This document shows positions 1 to 9,555 of a stretch of 49,734 nt of DNA, piece after piece. Position 1 is the first letter of the stretch. Each line of letters begins with the position of its first letter. The position numbers and the translations under genes were made by a program. The notes beneath the pieces were generated by a model that was not told the DNA's origin, made no database searches, and worked only from the letters and a program-made list of their open reading frames with translations. Source of the DNA: an uncultured Bacteroidota bacterium (lineage in GTDB: Bacteria > Bacteroidota > Bacteroidia > Bacteroidales > WCHB1-69). The stretch spans positions 1 to 49,734 of the forward strand of contig CACXUB010000010.1 in NCBI GenBank assembly GCA_902770735.1. The letters run 5' to 3'.

Positions 1-3000
1 AGTATCTTCCAAGTAATCGAATAAAAGATTCACAGACGCACTAATCCCAGCTCTTGATTTACCCATCGCATGTTTAAACGATTTGAATTCCTCCTCTTTT
101 TCGACAAATACAGTTCCTGACAATTTGGAAAGCTCTTGTTTCTTTTCAGCATAACGTTGGCGAGCTAATTCGCTCACGATATTTCTTTGTGTGGTTATAT
201 CTGGCAAGTTAATCCACACATTAAGAAGATCTTCCGAATTGATGAGCATCCCAACTCTATAGTTGTCAATCTGATGTGAGACTTCGGGTAGAGTTAATGC
301 ATAACAGATGTATGCAGGAAGTACTTTGTCCGTGTCCACTGTGAATGCCAAAAGATGACTTTTGACATAAAAGCAAGTATTATCGGGGACTTCCACATAA
401 GTGGGTCTCAAAGTTCCTTGAACAGGCGATAACAACAGGACGTTCCCGTGCAGTGGAATCATCATATCGTTGACAGTTCCCATTTTCAAGTCTGATGTAT
501 CTCTTCGATACTCCACTACATCCGACGAAAGCAGATCAACGTCCAACACCAAACCTTCTGAAACATATACGGTCTCCCGTTTGACTCTCGTCAAAATATC
601 TCCCAACTTATAAGCAGTGGTTCCATCTTGTACAGGAAACGGCTTATAAGTAATAGGGTTCAAAGAATAATTGTTCTCGCTTATGGGCGTATAAGGGATG
701 CTAAAACAATAGGCTTTGTCATTATTCTTGACAGCCGAAAGAATAGCGTCAAATTGAGGAAATACTTTACCTTTGCTCTTCTCAACCAGTTGAGTGGCAT
801 CGCAAAACACAATTTCTGTATTTGCGCATTTGGAGAGTTGAATGATGCACGTATTCACATTGGTTCCTCGGACAGTTCCCCCAGGCAAACTGATGACCTT
901 TTCCACCCAGTGGTTCTCTACTATCTTTTTCCGAATTTCAACTGTCTTAGGCGACCGATTAAAAGTGAAACTTGCCGGAAGTACCATTGTCATTTTGCCA
1001 TTTTCCTCAAGGTGGTCCATACACTCGCTGAATAAAAAGTCATAAAGCGAGGTTTCTTTTTGGGGCAAGAAAGGAGGAATGGTGATGATGGTATCAAATA
1101 GCTCATCCTTCGTCTTTTTGAAGAACTGAAAAGAATCCCCACAGGTATAACGAGCTGATTCCAAAAGTCCTTTCGCATCTAAATGGAATGATCCAAAGGA
1201 AAAAATGGATTCATCAATCTCATCTCCATAATAACTGGAATGTGGGAATAGACAGGCGAACGAAGCCAAACCTGCAAAAGGATTGTACAATTTGTGAACG
1301 GTGTCGGACTCGACAAAACCAGCCATCAGTTTGGCGATCTCAGGTTGGTAAAACTCTTGGGAAGATGCATCCGATCCATAGAGTTCCATAATGAAATCAA
1401 GACATTCGGTATAATGTTCCATCAATATCTCTTCATACACTTTCATTGAAGAAAGAACATCATTTAGCTTTTTCACATTGTCCCAGTTGGCAACGGAAAA
1501 AGGTTTTCCTTCGTTACGAAGTGTCGCAATTCGCAACATAATGTTCAGAAGGATGTCTTTCGTGTCGAATTTGTTACGAAACTGTGACACAATGGATTGA
1601 ATATTAGTTTTGATATCAGAATCGGAATCGGGAACGAAATAGTGATCCGTTGAAATGGAGTGGTTGTTAGCAGCCAATGTCTCCAGTGGCAAGATTCTGA
1701 CATGCTTGGAGTCGGCGTTTAACGCTAACTCATCAATAATGTCTTGATACGACTCTAACCATCTTTCATCATCAACATGATTAAACTTAGCCAACACCAC
1801 TTTATCATCTTGTTTGCTTTGGTTGATGAAAAGCAGGTGTCGATTATTAAGGCTGACCACTTTCTCCAGTAGATTCTCTTTGATAAGATGCTCAATGACA
1901 GGCTGGCACGCTTCCATGTCTTTTTTCATGGCAAACGTCACATATCGTCCATCGGGATTCAACCTGCTTTTTAGTTGCTCATATTGACGGACGTCTTTGT
2001 GCAAATCAATGATAATATCTGCCGTGTCGTGATTAGGAGCGGAGACGTCCCAAACTCCCTTGTATTTACCCTCTATGTCATAGGCATTAAAGATGACATA
2101 TTGAGCGGCAGAACAAATGGGGTCGTAGCCTAATTCATCAGAATTCATCTCAAAAGCCATTTCTACGTCAACACATTGCGTATTGAATGATTTTGGCGAG
2201 AGAAGGCTGCCCCACCCTGCATAGGATGATTGTTCATCAATTCCGAAGTCTCCTGGGTAGAGAATATCCGCAAAGTCATCTTTCCTGACAACTATTTGCA
2301 AATTGTCGGTGTTTCCCAATAGAGCTTCTACAAAGTTATATTGAGATGTATAAGTCGGCATTAAAGTGCTTTCACAAATCTTTTCAATTACTTCAGGATA
2401 ATACTTCTGAAAGGCATCATCATCAATGGTATCAATCATCCTTATTGCATTAAGATATTGTTGATACATGGCCTCTGTAAAATAGAAGCTATCACCCATT
2501 TTGTCAATACAACATTTGAAAGCACGAATAACTTGTACTTTTTCAGGACCATCGTGTTGCTCTTTGCAACTATTTTCCAAATAGCTTGGAATTGAATAAT
2601 TGTCAATCAAATCATGAAGCTCATTATTATAATACATTTTGAAATATGGCACAAGAAAAAAGGATGCCATACTTTCTTCGTAACCGAAAGATATAGCTTT
2701 TTGAAGATTATTCATATTAGTTATAAACCCATCCACTTTCTCGAAAACATCGTATTTGGAAATGTCCGAAGTCAATCCAAATCGAGCTATTGAATCGGAC
2801 ATGATTTCATGAAACTTATAGTCTTCCGAGGAAAAAACGCTCACCGTCATATCGCTGTTTCCACCAGTTATTTCAATCCAACCTGATCCAGATTCATCCA
2901 CACGGAAACGGCGTACTTGCTCTTTGGCGAACAAGTTAAGTATAGCAACATCAGTACGATTCGTTTCAGTTTCAGAAATACCACCAACAACAAAACCTCC

Positions 3001-3714
3001 TGGTTTTAACTTTGTTAGAACATCATCAATTTGGTTATAATCAAGGTCGACATCAAAGTATCCATCGTATTTTTCACAGTCGTCAAACGAAGTATAGTTG
3101 ATAAATACTGTGTTTTTTTCCATGGTCGTCAACTGGTTACCCCCTCGTAAAGCGAGAAAAAATAAATAAGACTCGTCAAAGGTGTCAAAAACACACGTGA
3201 TCTTATCTTCCAATTTAATCACTTTTTTGATTAGTAGTTGCGACAAGCATGAGAACCCTTTTACAAAAAAGGATTTTTTCTCATCAGAATACCACGATTT
3301 CTCATATGTGGGGAAAACAGCTGAATGTATTATTTTGTCAAATATTACAATAAAGATTTGCCCCCGATAACATATCGAATATTCCTCTTTGTCAGGAATC
3401 TTGGCCAAAGTCGCATCGTAAATCTTTTGAATCGCACTTTTTAATGAAATGGTTTCATCATCATTTGACGAAACAAAAAGATTTTCATTGGCTGTTATCT
3501 CATTGAAATAATTCAAAACAGCCAATGCTGTTTCGTTACTATCTGTAATGGTCCAATCATTTGTCATCTTTGCTCTTTTCAAATATAAGAGACCGCCTTT
3601 GACAAACTCAACATGTTGAAACTCGGGGCACTTAACGCAGATACCATCTATTTCATCACAGAACTCTTTTATAACCGACAAAACCTGCTCTTCAGACCAA
3701 GAAATATTTTCCAT
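1..3714 (-). CDS. Large N6-adenine DNA methyltransferase-like / HsdS-like / probable histidine kinase fusion protein (3' end outside window)
   Basis: Manually translated; no stop from ATG 3714 to base 1 (>=1238 codons), absent from the ORF track because it is open-ended. Motifs: EFYQPE, LYNPFAGLASF (SAM-binding motif I, ~1290-1260), IITIPPF (degenerate NPPF, ~1090-1069), HLEENGK..VLPASF, EKVISLPGG, NYSLNP. Then an HsdS-like segment (VLPAYICYAL...INLPDITTQRNIV) and FKSFKHAMGK (H-box-like, His codon 72-70). Confidence 0.85.
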   Translation of the reverse strand, partial: MENISWSEEQVLSVIKEFCDEIDGICVKCPEFQHVEFVKGGLLYLKRAKMTNDWTITDSNETALAVLNYFNEITANENLFVSSNDDETISLKSAIQKIYDATLAKIPDKEEYSICYRGQIFIVIFDKIIHSAVFPTYEKSWYSDEKKSFFVKGFSCLSQLLIKKVIKLEDKITCVFDTFDESYLFFLALRGGNQLTTMEKNTVFINYTSFDDCEKYDGYFDVDLDYNQIDDVLTKLKPGGFVVGGISETETNRTDVAILNLFAKEQVRRFRVDESGSGWIEITGGNSDMTVSVFSSEDYKFHEIMSDSIARFGLTSDISKYDVFEKVDGFITNMNNLQKAISFGYEESMASFFLVPYFKMYYNNELHDLIDNYSIPSYLENSCKEQHDGPEKVQVIRAFKCCIDKMGDSFYFTEAMYQQYLNAIRMIDTIDDDAFQKYYPEVIEKICESTLMPTYTSQYNFVEALLGNTDNLQIVVRKDDFADILYPGDFGIDEQSSYAGWGSLLSPKSFNTQCVDVEMAFEMNSDELGYDPICSAAQYVIFNAYDIEGKYKGVWDVSAPNHDTADIIIDLHKDVRQYEQLKSRLNPDGRYVTFAMKKDMEACQPVIEHLIKENLLEKVVSLNNRHLLFINQSKQDDKVVLAKFNHVDDERWLESYQDIIDELALNADSKHVRILPLETLAANNHSISTDHYFVPDSDSDIKTNIQSIVSQFRNKFDTKDILLNIMLRIATLRNEGKPFSVANWDNVKKLNDVLSSMKVYEEILMEHYTECLDFIMELYGSDASSQEFYQPEIAKLMAGFVESDTVHKLYNPFAGLASFACLFPHSSYYGDEIDESIFSFGSFHLDAKGLLESARYTCGDSFQFFKKTKDELFDTIITIPPFLPQKETSLYDFLFSECMDHLEENGKMTMVLPASFTFNRSPKTVEIRKKIVENHWVEKVISLPGGTVRGTNVNTCIIQLSKCANTEIVFCDATQLVEKSKGKVFPQFDAILSAVKNNDKAYCFSIPYTPISENNYSLNPITYKPFPVQDGTTAYKLGDILTRVKRETVYVSEGLVLDVDLLSSDVVEYRRDTSDLKMGTVNDMMIPLHGNVLLLSPVQGTLRPTYVEVPDNTCFYVKSHLLAFTVDTDKVLPAYICYALTLPEVSHQIDNYRVGMLINSEDLLNVWINLPDITTQRNIVSELARQRYAEKKQELSKLSGTVFVEKEEEFKSFKHAMGKSRAGISASVNLLFDYLEDT

Positions 3715-3785
3715 ATCGCAAAAAATTAATTTAACATCGATTTGACGATGCAAAATAACAACTTTCACGTTCACTCATACTGAAC

Positions 3786-4796
3786 CTATTCCCCGTACCT
3801 CTCCAATCCCTTCCCAATCCTCATCTTTATCTTCTCCCTAAACCATTCCGGTTCAAGCACTTCCATGTTTTCGCCAAAGGACAGGATCAGTTGCTCCAGC
3901 TCGTAGTTCAGATACACTTCGATGGTGATGACGGCGCCGGTGGCATCCTCAGCGACCTTCTTTTGCGTGCCATGGAGCGGCTTGGTGCGGACGTACGGCC
4001 ACGAGACCGGGGAGACCCATAACTTGACGAGCGTGGGCTCGGCGTTTGAATCTTTGGACACCCCGATCATCTCGTCAAAATAGTCGGTGAAATTGATGTA
4101 GGCGGGTTGGAACGGTACATCCGTCTCTTTGATGCCCAGGATACGGTCGAGGGCATAGTTGGTCAACGTCTCATAACCCTCATTCCTGGCAATCAGGAAC
4201 CACCGCTTGTTGTACTGTTTCAGATAATAGGGATAGACCACGTATTCCACCTCTTGGTCCTGCCTGAAACTTTTGTAGGTAATGCACAACGTCCGCTTTT
4301 CGCTGATGGCGTTGAACAACGGCGTGAAGTGGTCCAGCCCTTCCAAATCCATGTTCTCGTCAAAACCGACCACCTCATCCGTGGAAACCTCATCGATTTT
4401 CAACGAAGCGCCCAAGCGGTCGGAAATCTCGCTGATCCAGTCGAACTGCGGCATCCCTTTGAACCGTTTCAGCAAACAGAGTGTCTGGATGAGCTGCGCG
4501 GTCTCCTCGGGCTTCAGCAGCGGCCTGTAGATGGAGAAATCGGGATCGGCATAGTGATAGCGGATATTCCGCCCCTCCCGGAAACTTTCCACATCCGCAT
4601 TCGGGGCGTATATCCGTTGAATCTGTTCTATATCGCCGCGGATGGTATTCATGGCCGACACGGGCGGAAAGTCATGTAGTTCCAATTCCTCATTGCATAA
4701 TTCCATCATCTCCGCCATCGAATACTTGCGATTTTTGTCACTCAGACAGCGGTCAATGACCTTGATGCGGAGATCAGCATTTTTGGAATTCGGCAT
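3786..4796 (-). CDS. WYL-domain transcriptional regulator (wHTH-WYL-WCX)
   Basis: N-terminal wHTH (RIKVIDRCL...TIRGDIEQI), WYL core YPYYLKQYNKRWFL...YALDRI, WCX tail TKPLHGTQ...LEQLILSFGENMEVLEP. Confidence 0.92.
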   Translation of the reverse strand: MPNSKNADLRIKVIDRCLSDKNRKYSMAEMMELCNEELELHDFPPVSAMNTIRGDIEQIQRIYAPNADVESFREGRNIRYHYADPDFSIYRPLLKPEETAQLIQTLCLLKRFKGMPQFDWISEISDRLGASLKIDEVSTDEVVGFDENMDLEGLDHFTPLFNAISEKRTLCITYKSFRQDQEVEYVVYPYYLKQYNKRWFLIARNEGYETLTNYALDRILGIKETDVPFQPAYINFTDYFDEMIGVSKDSNAEPTLVKLWVSPVSWPYVRTKPLHGTQKKVAEDATGAVITIEVYLNYELEQLILSFGENMEVLEPEWFREKIKMRIGKGLERYGE

Positions 4797-4826
4797 AACA
4801 CGATACTTTTATGGCAAACAAGGTTG

Positions 4827-4834
4827 CAAAAGTA
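4827..4834 (-). promoter_or_regulatory. Bacteroidetes -7 promoter box (TACTTTTG) for the WYL gene
   Basis: Matches the TAnnTTTG consensus 30 bp upstream of ATG 4796. Confidence 0.6.
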
Positions 4835-4931
4835 GCATTTTTGTGATTCTTCTCTTGCGTTTTCTTTTTTTTTGCTACTGACTCCAAAAAAACGAAAAAT
4901 GGAAAGGGATAGTCTGAAGGGTGAGGAAAGA

Positions 4932-5471
4932 CTACTGGTTGAACACCTCGACCAATTCTGCCGTATTTGCATCATACTGTTTGGTTTGCAAATAACAAAG
5001 AGTCCGATCCAGACGGGACATTTCTGAAGATATTCTCAAAGCATTTACCAGCTTCTTGATTCGCGGCTCTTTGTCTGATTCGCTATCCTTGGTGACTTCT
5101 TTCAAACCTTCCAGTGTGTCAGGTAACCCATAATCCGATAGGTTCAGCGACAATTCTGCTGCGCAGGACAACAAGAAATCTTCCGCCGCCTTGCATACGA
5201 ATATCAGATAGTGATGACGTGTTTTGTGTTTCATCAGTCTCAGATGCTCCGAACTTGCCAACAACTGAAAATCGGCATAGTCATACGTTTTTTTCTTGTC
5301 ATCGTCAATGATTCCAATGGCGAAGCCATCAGAAAAGCGGCCAGTTTTCATGCCGACCATTACATTCGAACATCCATGCTTGTGATTTACACCATCCAGA
5401 CACAACAACGTCTTCAAGATGTTCGTATCCACATAACACTCTGGGAATATATGATTCGCTCTCTTAGCCAT
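4932..5471 (-). CDS. Small TOPRIM-like protein, partner of the upstream ATPase
   Basis: N-terminal hydrophobic strand plus Glu (IFPECYVD) and GIIDDD (DxD) pattern; start overlaps the ATPase stop by 1 bp (translational coupling). Confidence 0.6.
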   Translation of the reverse strand: MAKRANHIFPECYVDTNILKTLLCLDGVNHKHGCSNVMVGMKTGRFSDGFAIGIIDDDKKKTYDYADFQLLASSEHLRLMKHKTRHHYLIFVCKAAEDFLLSCAAELSLNLSDYGLPDTLEGLKEVTKDSESDKEPRIKKLVNALRISSEMSRLDRTLCYLQTKQYDANTAELVEVFNQ

Positions 5472-6676
5472 TAAGTGTACGACTCTATGTTATAATACAC
5501 ATCTATCCCGTCATCGTAGATTTCCTGCACATCCTTTTCTGACGCAGTAACAACCGTTGAAAGCTTTCCTTCCCTCTTTTCCAAAAACAAGTGAAAATCC
5601 TTAAGGTCCTTTTCCAAGAAAGCAGTCATCATATAAGGGCTATGGGTGGCAACAAACAAACAGGCTCCTTGTTCTCCAATTGTCTTCGACAACAACCAAT
5701 CCACCAAGCGGCTCTGGGTTGGGGGGAACAGATTGTTCTCGGGCTCTTCAAGGAAAATCTCTGCATGATCTGTTTCCACATATCTTTTGAAAATTTCTTG
5801 ACACTCTGTGGCATATTCACGTTTTGTGAAATTCAACAAATACGGACCCACTCGTGCAATTGTGATGATTGAATGCGGCTGCTTTACTTCTAATTCAACA
5901 TCATTGTTTTTCTTTCGCCCTTCATCCGTCTTCCCTGTCTTCACAAACAGTTCATTATACATTGTTTGAAGAAACCTTTCCCCAATTTTGATATTCGAAT
6001 AGCTTTGTGCTTCCCTGACATTATTCTCATAGTCACTGATGAAGTTGAGATGTACATACAAAGGGATTAATGACTGGAGTCCACTTGATGTATTGGTAAG
6101 TTCAAGTGTAGTATCTTCGTCCACCTCCACTTGGTCGGTATTCTTCTTTTCATCGTACTTATATGAAACACCAAGATTAAGAATCTCTAATTGTTCTGTG
6201 TATGCTCTTCTTGCACGATCCCAATCGGCCATGAAACTTTGGATGTTATCATCATAAAACTTAACATCAAACCAATTTGGAATGGCTGCCACCAGATTGC
6301 GCTCTGCAGGGATATAGGAGACCTTCGGTCTTCGGTAATCCCATCTTCCCGCTTTCCACTCAAACTGAAATCCTTTGGTTTCGGCATCATACGAAAAACG
6401 AGTGTAATCCGACTCGTAGCCTATATACGAATTCTTCTTAAAATACCCTTTCAATTTATGAAATCTGACAAGCTCCTTGACAAAAAAATCCTCTTTCATG
6501 AATTCCTCCGCCGATTGAGCTAATTCTATCTTTTTTTCCACCCAGGCGCAATAGCAGGCAATCTTCAAAACGCAACTTTTGCCAGAACTTTGAGGTCCAA
6601 CAATCACATTGACCTTTGCCAATTCAATTTCCACGTTTTGCAGTGGCCCAATATTTCGGATTACCAAACGTTTCAT
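5471..6676 (-). CDS. ABC-type ATPase, AAA_15/AAA_21 (AbiEii/OLD/PARIS AriA-like)
   Basis: Walker A GPQSSGKS, YIPAERN, signature-like TSSGLQS, Walker B/D-loop IFLEEPENNLFP, H-loop VATHSPY; -7 box TATTTTTG at 6713-6706. Confidence 0.88.
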   Translation of the reverse strand: MKRLVIRNIGPLQNVEIELAKVNVIVGPQSSGKSCVLKIACYCAWVEKKIELAQSAEEFMKEDFFVKELVRFHKLKGYFKKNSYIGYESDYTRFSYDAETKGFQFEWKAGRWDYRRPKVSYIPAERNLVAAIPNWFDVKFYDDNIQSFMADWDRARRAYTEQLEILNLGVSYKYDEKKNTDQVEVDEDTTLELTNTSSGLQSLIPLYVHLNFISDYENNVREAQSYSNIKIGERFLQTMYNELFVKTGKTDEGRKKNNDVELEVKQPHSIITIARVGPYLLNFTKREYATECQEIFKRYVETDHAEIFLEEPENNLFPPTQSRLVDWLLSKTIGEQGACLFVATHSPYMMTAFLEKDLKDFHLFLEKREGKLSTVVTASEKDVQEIYDDGIDVYYNIESYT

Positions 6677-7090
6677 TCTGCCAGTTTTTTCTTTTTTTCG
6701 GAATGCAAAAATACACTTTTATCTCATATCTGACGGAAATTAATTTTTGACATGAAAAAACAAGCTTCCTCAAGAAACTTTGGTCATTTTGTGCGGTGAC
6801 AACCTTCCGAAAGATAAATGTTTTCTGTGTGAACTAACTCCCCAGTGCATCCCCCCCCCCTCGCAAAAATTATTATTCATCTCTCCTGTCACAAACCGCA
6901 TCGGCTTAATCATACACTTCAATTTTTTTCATGTGTTCTTTGTAAGCGTCATGCCATTTTGTTTCCCATTCTAATGTAATGCCAATCTCAAAAATGCTTA
7001 CAGGGACATAAATTATGGTGCACAGAGGTGCATAAGATGGTTTGGTTGTAAAATTTCCTATCTTTGCCCCCTCAAAAGTACCCATAAAAA

Positions 7091-7624
7091 ATGGTCATCC
7101 TCTTCAACAAACCCTACGGCGTGCTGAGCCAGTTCACCCCCGAGGCGGGACATCCCGCCCTCAACGAGTTCGGATTCCCGCCCGGCGTCTATGCCGCGGG
7201 ACGGCTCGACCACGACAGCGAGGGCGCACTGCTGCTGACCGACGACGGACGGCTGGTGAAGCGGCTGCTGGACCCGAAGAACGCCCATCCCCGCACCTAC
7301 CTCGCACAAGTGGATGGCGAAATCACCGACGAGACCCTGCAACAGCTGCGGAAAGGGGTCGTCATCAAAGGGTACCGCACCCGTCCCTGCAAGGCCGAAA
7401 AGGCGCTGCCGCCGGAGAACCTCTGGGAGCGCGTGCCCCCCATCCGCTACCGTGCCAACATCCCCACCAGCTGGGTCCGCCTCACCCTCACCGAGGGCAA
7501 GAACCGCCAAGTCCGCCACATGACCGCCGCCGTCGGCTTCCCCACGCTGCGGCTCATCCGCGTCCAAATCGGCGACCTCAGTTTGGGAGAACTCCAGCCG
7601 GGCGAGTGGAGGATTGTCAAATAG
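7091..7624 (+). CDS. rluE: rRNA pseudouridine synthase (RsuA family, RluE-like)
   Basis: [11 protein letters not shown], catalytic [23 protein letters not shown]; -7 box TATCTTTG at ~7059. Confidence 0.88.
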   Translation: MVILFNKPYGVLSQFTPEAGHPALNEFGFPPGVYAAGRLDHDSEGALLLTDDGRLVKRLLDPKNAHPRTYLAQVDGEITDETLQQLRKGVVIKGYRTRPCKAEKALPPENLWERVPPIRYRANIPTSWVRLTLTEGKNRQVRHMTAAVGFPTLRLIRVQIGDLSLGELQPGEWRIVK

Positions 7625-7688
7625 AAACGAACGGCAAGAGCGAAACGACAATGAAAAAGCGTATCTTTGCCGCGCAAAATTTACCGTT

Positions 7689-9425
7689 ATGAGAAAAAAT
7701 GTCCTCACCCTGCTGGTCGTCGCCCTCGCGACCGTCGCGTTTGCGCAGACGCCGAAACACCTGCGCGTGCTCAACTACGTGCCCGACAGCTGCTATTCGC
7801 TTTCCTTGATGAACTTCGACACGCTGGCTCGGGCGCTTGAACTGGAGGCGCTGCATCGCGAAAACGTCCTCAAACCCGTTTACGACAGCCTGAAAATCTC
7901 CAAAAAGATCATACAGAGTTGGGTCAATCGGGACAATAAAGTCGGGGTGGACTTCACCGCGACGGCGGCTTTTGCGGACTCCCGCTATCTCCTTCTTCCA
8001 TTGAATAATGAAAAGAAATTTGAGAAAACGGTGCGCTCGTTGAACAAGTCAATGCCGACTTTTGTGACGATGACCGCCCCTGACGGCAAGAAAGTCCGCT
8101 GCATGGCTTTGGATGACAAAGAAATGGATATGGGCATGGCCGTGATTTGCACGGAGGATGTCGCCTGTGTCGCGTTGCTTGTCGATCTGAACGCTTTCTA
8201 TTCGGCTATCATGGAATACGATTTCGACCGCGCACAAAGTATGGCGATGGAAACCCCCATGCAGGTGTGGGGCCGGCTGATTCGTTCGCAGTTCGCGAAC
8301 AGCGAGACGGCGAAAGTTATGATGAAGCATGGTTGGGATTCATATAGTGCTTATAATCAGCAAAATGCTTTCAGATACATCGCCGCTGTCCTGTTGGAGG
8401 AACTGAGTGTCCCCTCCGAAGAGATCCAAAGGACTATCGGCCAGCTTGACATGGAAGTTTTTGCGCGGGGCGATGTTTCCCGCGACCGTATCACCGCCTT
8501 CAGTGAATTCCGTCAACGCACACCCATACCGGAATTTCAGGCTTTGAAGACCTCCCCGAAGGAGTTGAAACGGCTGATGCCATACGTGTCGGGCGACTAT
8601 TTTGTCTTTGCTGTCAGTTCTGTGGAAGGCTTTGCCGATCTCGCGAAACCCTACATGGCCACCCTGCCGCAGTGGCGCGAAATCGCCCCGCTGCTGAACA
8701 AACCGTTCGTGATCACCCTGTCCGCCACGGATGATCTCATGCAGCTCTCCACCCTTGTGGACCACCCCGGCGAGGTGCGCGGCATGTTGGAACGTTTCGT
8801 GACAGTGAGTAACCACATCACGGACTCCCTCCGCAAGCTTGAGACGGTTTCGGTTGTTGAGGTTGAAGAACCTGTCGAGGAATCCATCGAAGAGGTTGTT
8901 GTGGAGGAACCCGTAACGGAAACTCCGGAACCCGAAGGGCTGGACAATGCCCTTGAGGTGGAACGCTTGGATGCGCTTTTTGACGACAATGTGGCCATGG
9001 ATTCCACAATCGATATGAAAACATTGGATTACAGAAAGATAAATGGCTGGGATACCTATATCATCACGACGAAAAAGAGAAACCTGGACTACGAGACGTT
9101 CACTTGGTTGGTTCAAGACGACTCCGTTTGCGTGTTTGTGAAGGACGACCTGCTGTTCTGTACGAAAAGCCTTGCCTCGTTGGGGAATCTTTCGCAACCT
9201 TTGGAACGCGAGTGGCCGGAGGAGTACTTTTCACATCCGTTCTATGCGCGGGTTGACTTCGGCGAGTTTTTGACCGCTGTCTTCGGTCCCGAGGCCATGC
9301 CCGTGCGCGACATGGTCTGCTTCGTCGATGAGAACACCTTCACCATGAACATCAACGCGGTGCCGGGACTCCGTCATGGCGTCCTTTACGAATTGGTGAA
9401 GTATGTCATGGAAATCCTGAAATAG
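7689..9425 (+). CDS. Secreted hypothetical protein with an acidic low-complexity linker
   Basis: Likely start ATG 7689 downstream of TATCTTTG (7662-7669); signal peptide MRKNVLTLLVVALATVAFAQ; VEVEEPVEE repeats. Confidence 0.75.
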   Translation: MRKNVLTLLVVALATVAFAQTPKHLRVLNYVPDSCYSLSLMNFDTLARALELEALHRENVLKPVYDSLKISKKIIQSWVNRDNKVGVDFTATAAFADSRYLLLPLNNEKKFEKTVRSLNKSMPTFVTMTAPDGKKVRCMALDDKEMDMGMAVICTEDVACVALLVDLNAFYSAIMEYDFDRAQSMAMETPMQVWGRLIRSQFANSETAKVMMKHGWDSYSAYNQQNAFRYIAAVLLEELSVPSEEIQRTIGQLDMEVFARGDVSRDRITAFSEFRQRTPIPEFQALKTSPKELKRLMPYVSGDYFVFAVSSVEGFADLAKPYMATLPQWREIAPLLNKPFVITLSATDDLMQLSTLVDHPGEVRGMLERFVTVSNHITDSLRKLETVSVVEVEEPVEESIEEVVVEEPVTETPEPEGLDNALEVERLDALFDDNVAMDSTIDMKTLDYRKINGWDTYIITTKKRNLDYETFTWLVQDDSVCVFVKDDLLFCTKSLASLGNLSQPLEREWPEEYFSHPFYARVDFGEFLTAVFGPEAMPVRDMVCFVDENTFTMNINAVPGLRHGVLYELVKYVMEILK

Positions 9426-9483
9426 CACGGTAACCGCACCAAAATTCCACTACGACTTAGACATAGACTAATGACAATGACTT

Positions 9484-9555
9484 TGGCTGTTAGCTATTAG
9501 CCATTGGCTTTTAGCGGATAAAATAAAGCTAAAAGCTAATAGCCAATAGCTAATT
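9484..9555. repeat. Inverted pair of heptamer tandem repeats at a convergent gene junction (possible bidirectional terminator)
   Basis: gctgtta-gctatta-gccattg-gctttta faces gctaaaa-gctaata-gccaata; the arms are reverse-complementary. Confidence 0.6.

Noticed and set aside
628-3370. Short ORFs listed in 628-1391 and 3182-3370
   Set aside because: Shadow ORFs of the long minus-strand ORF 3714->1.
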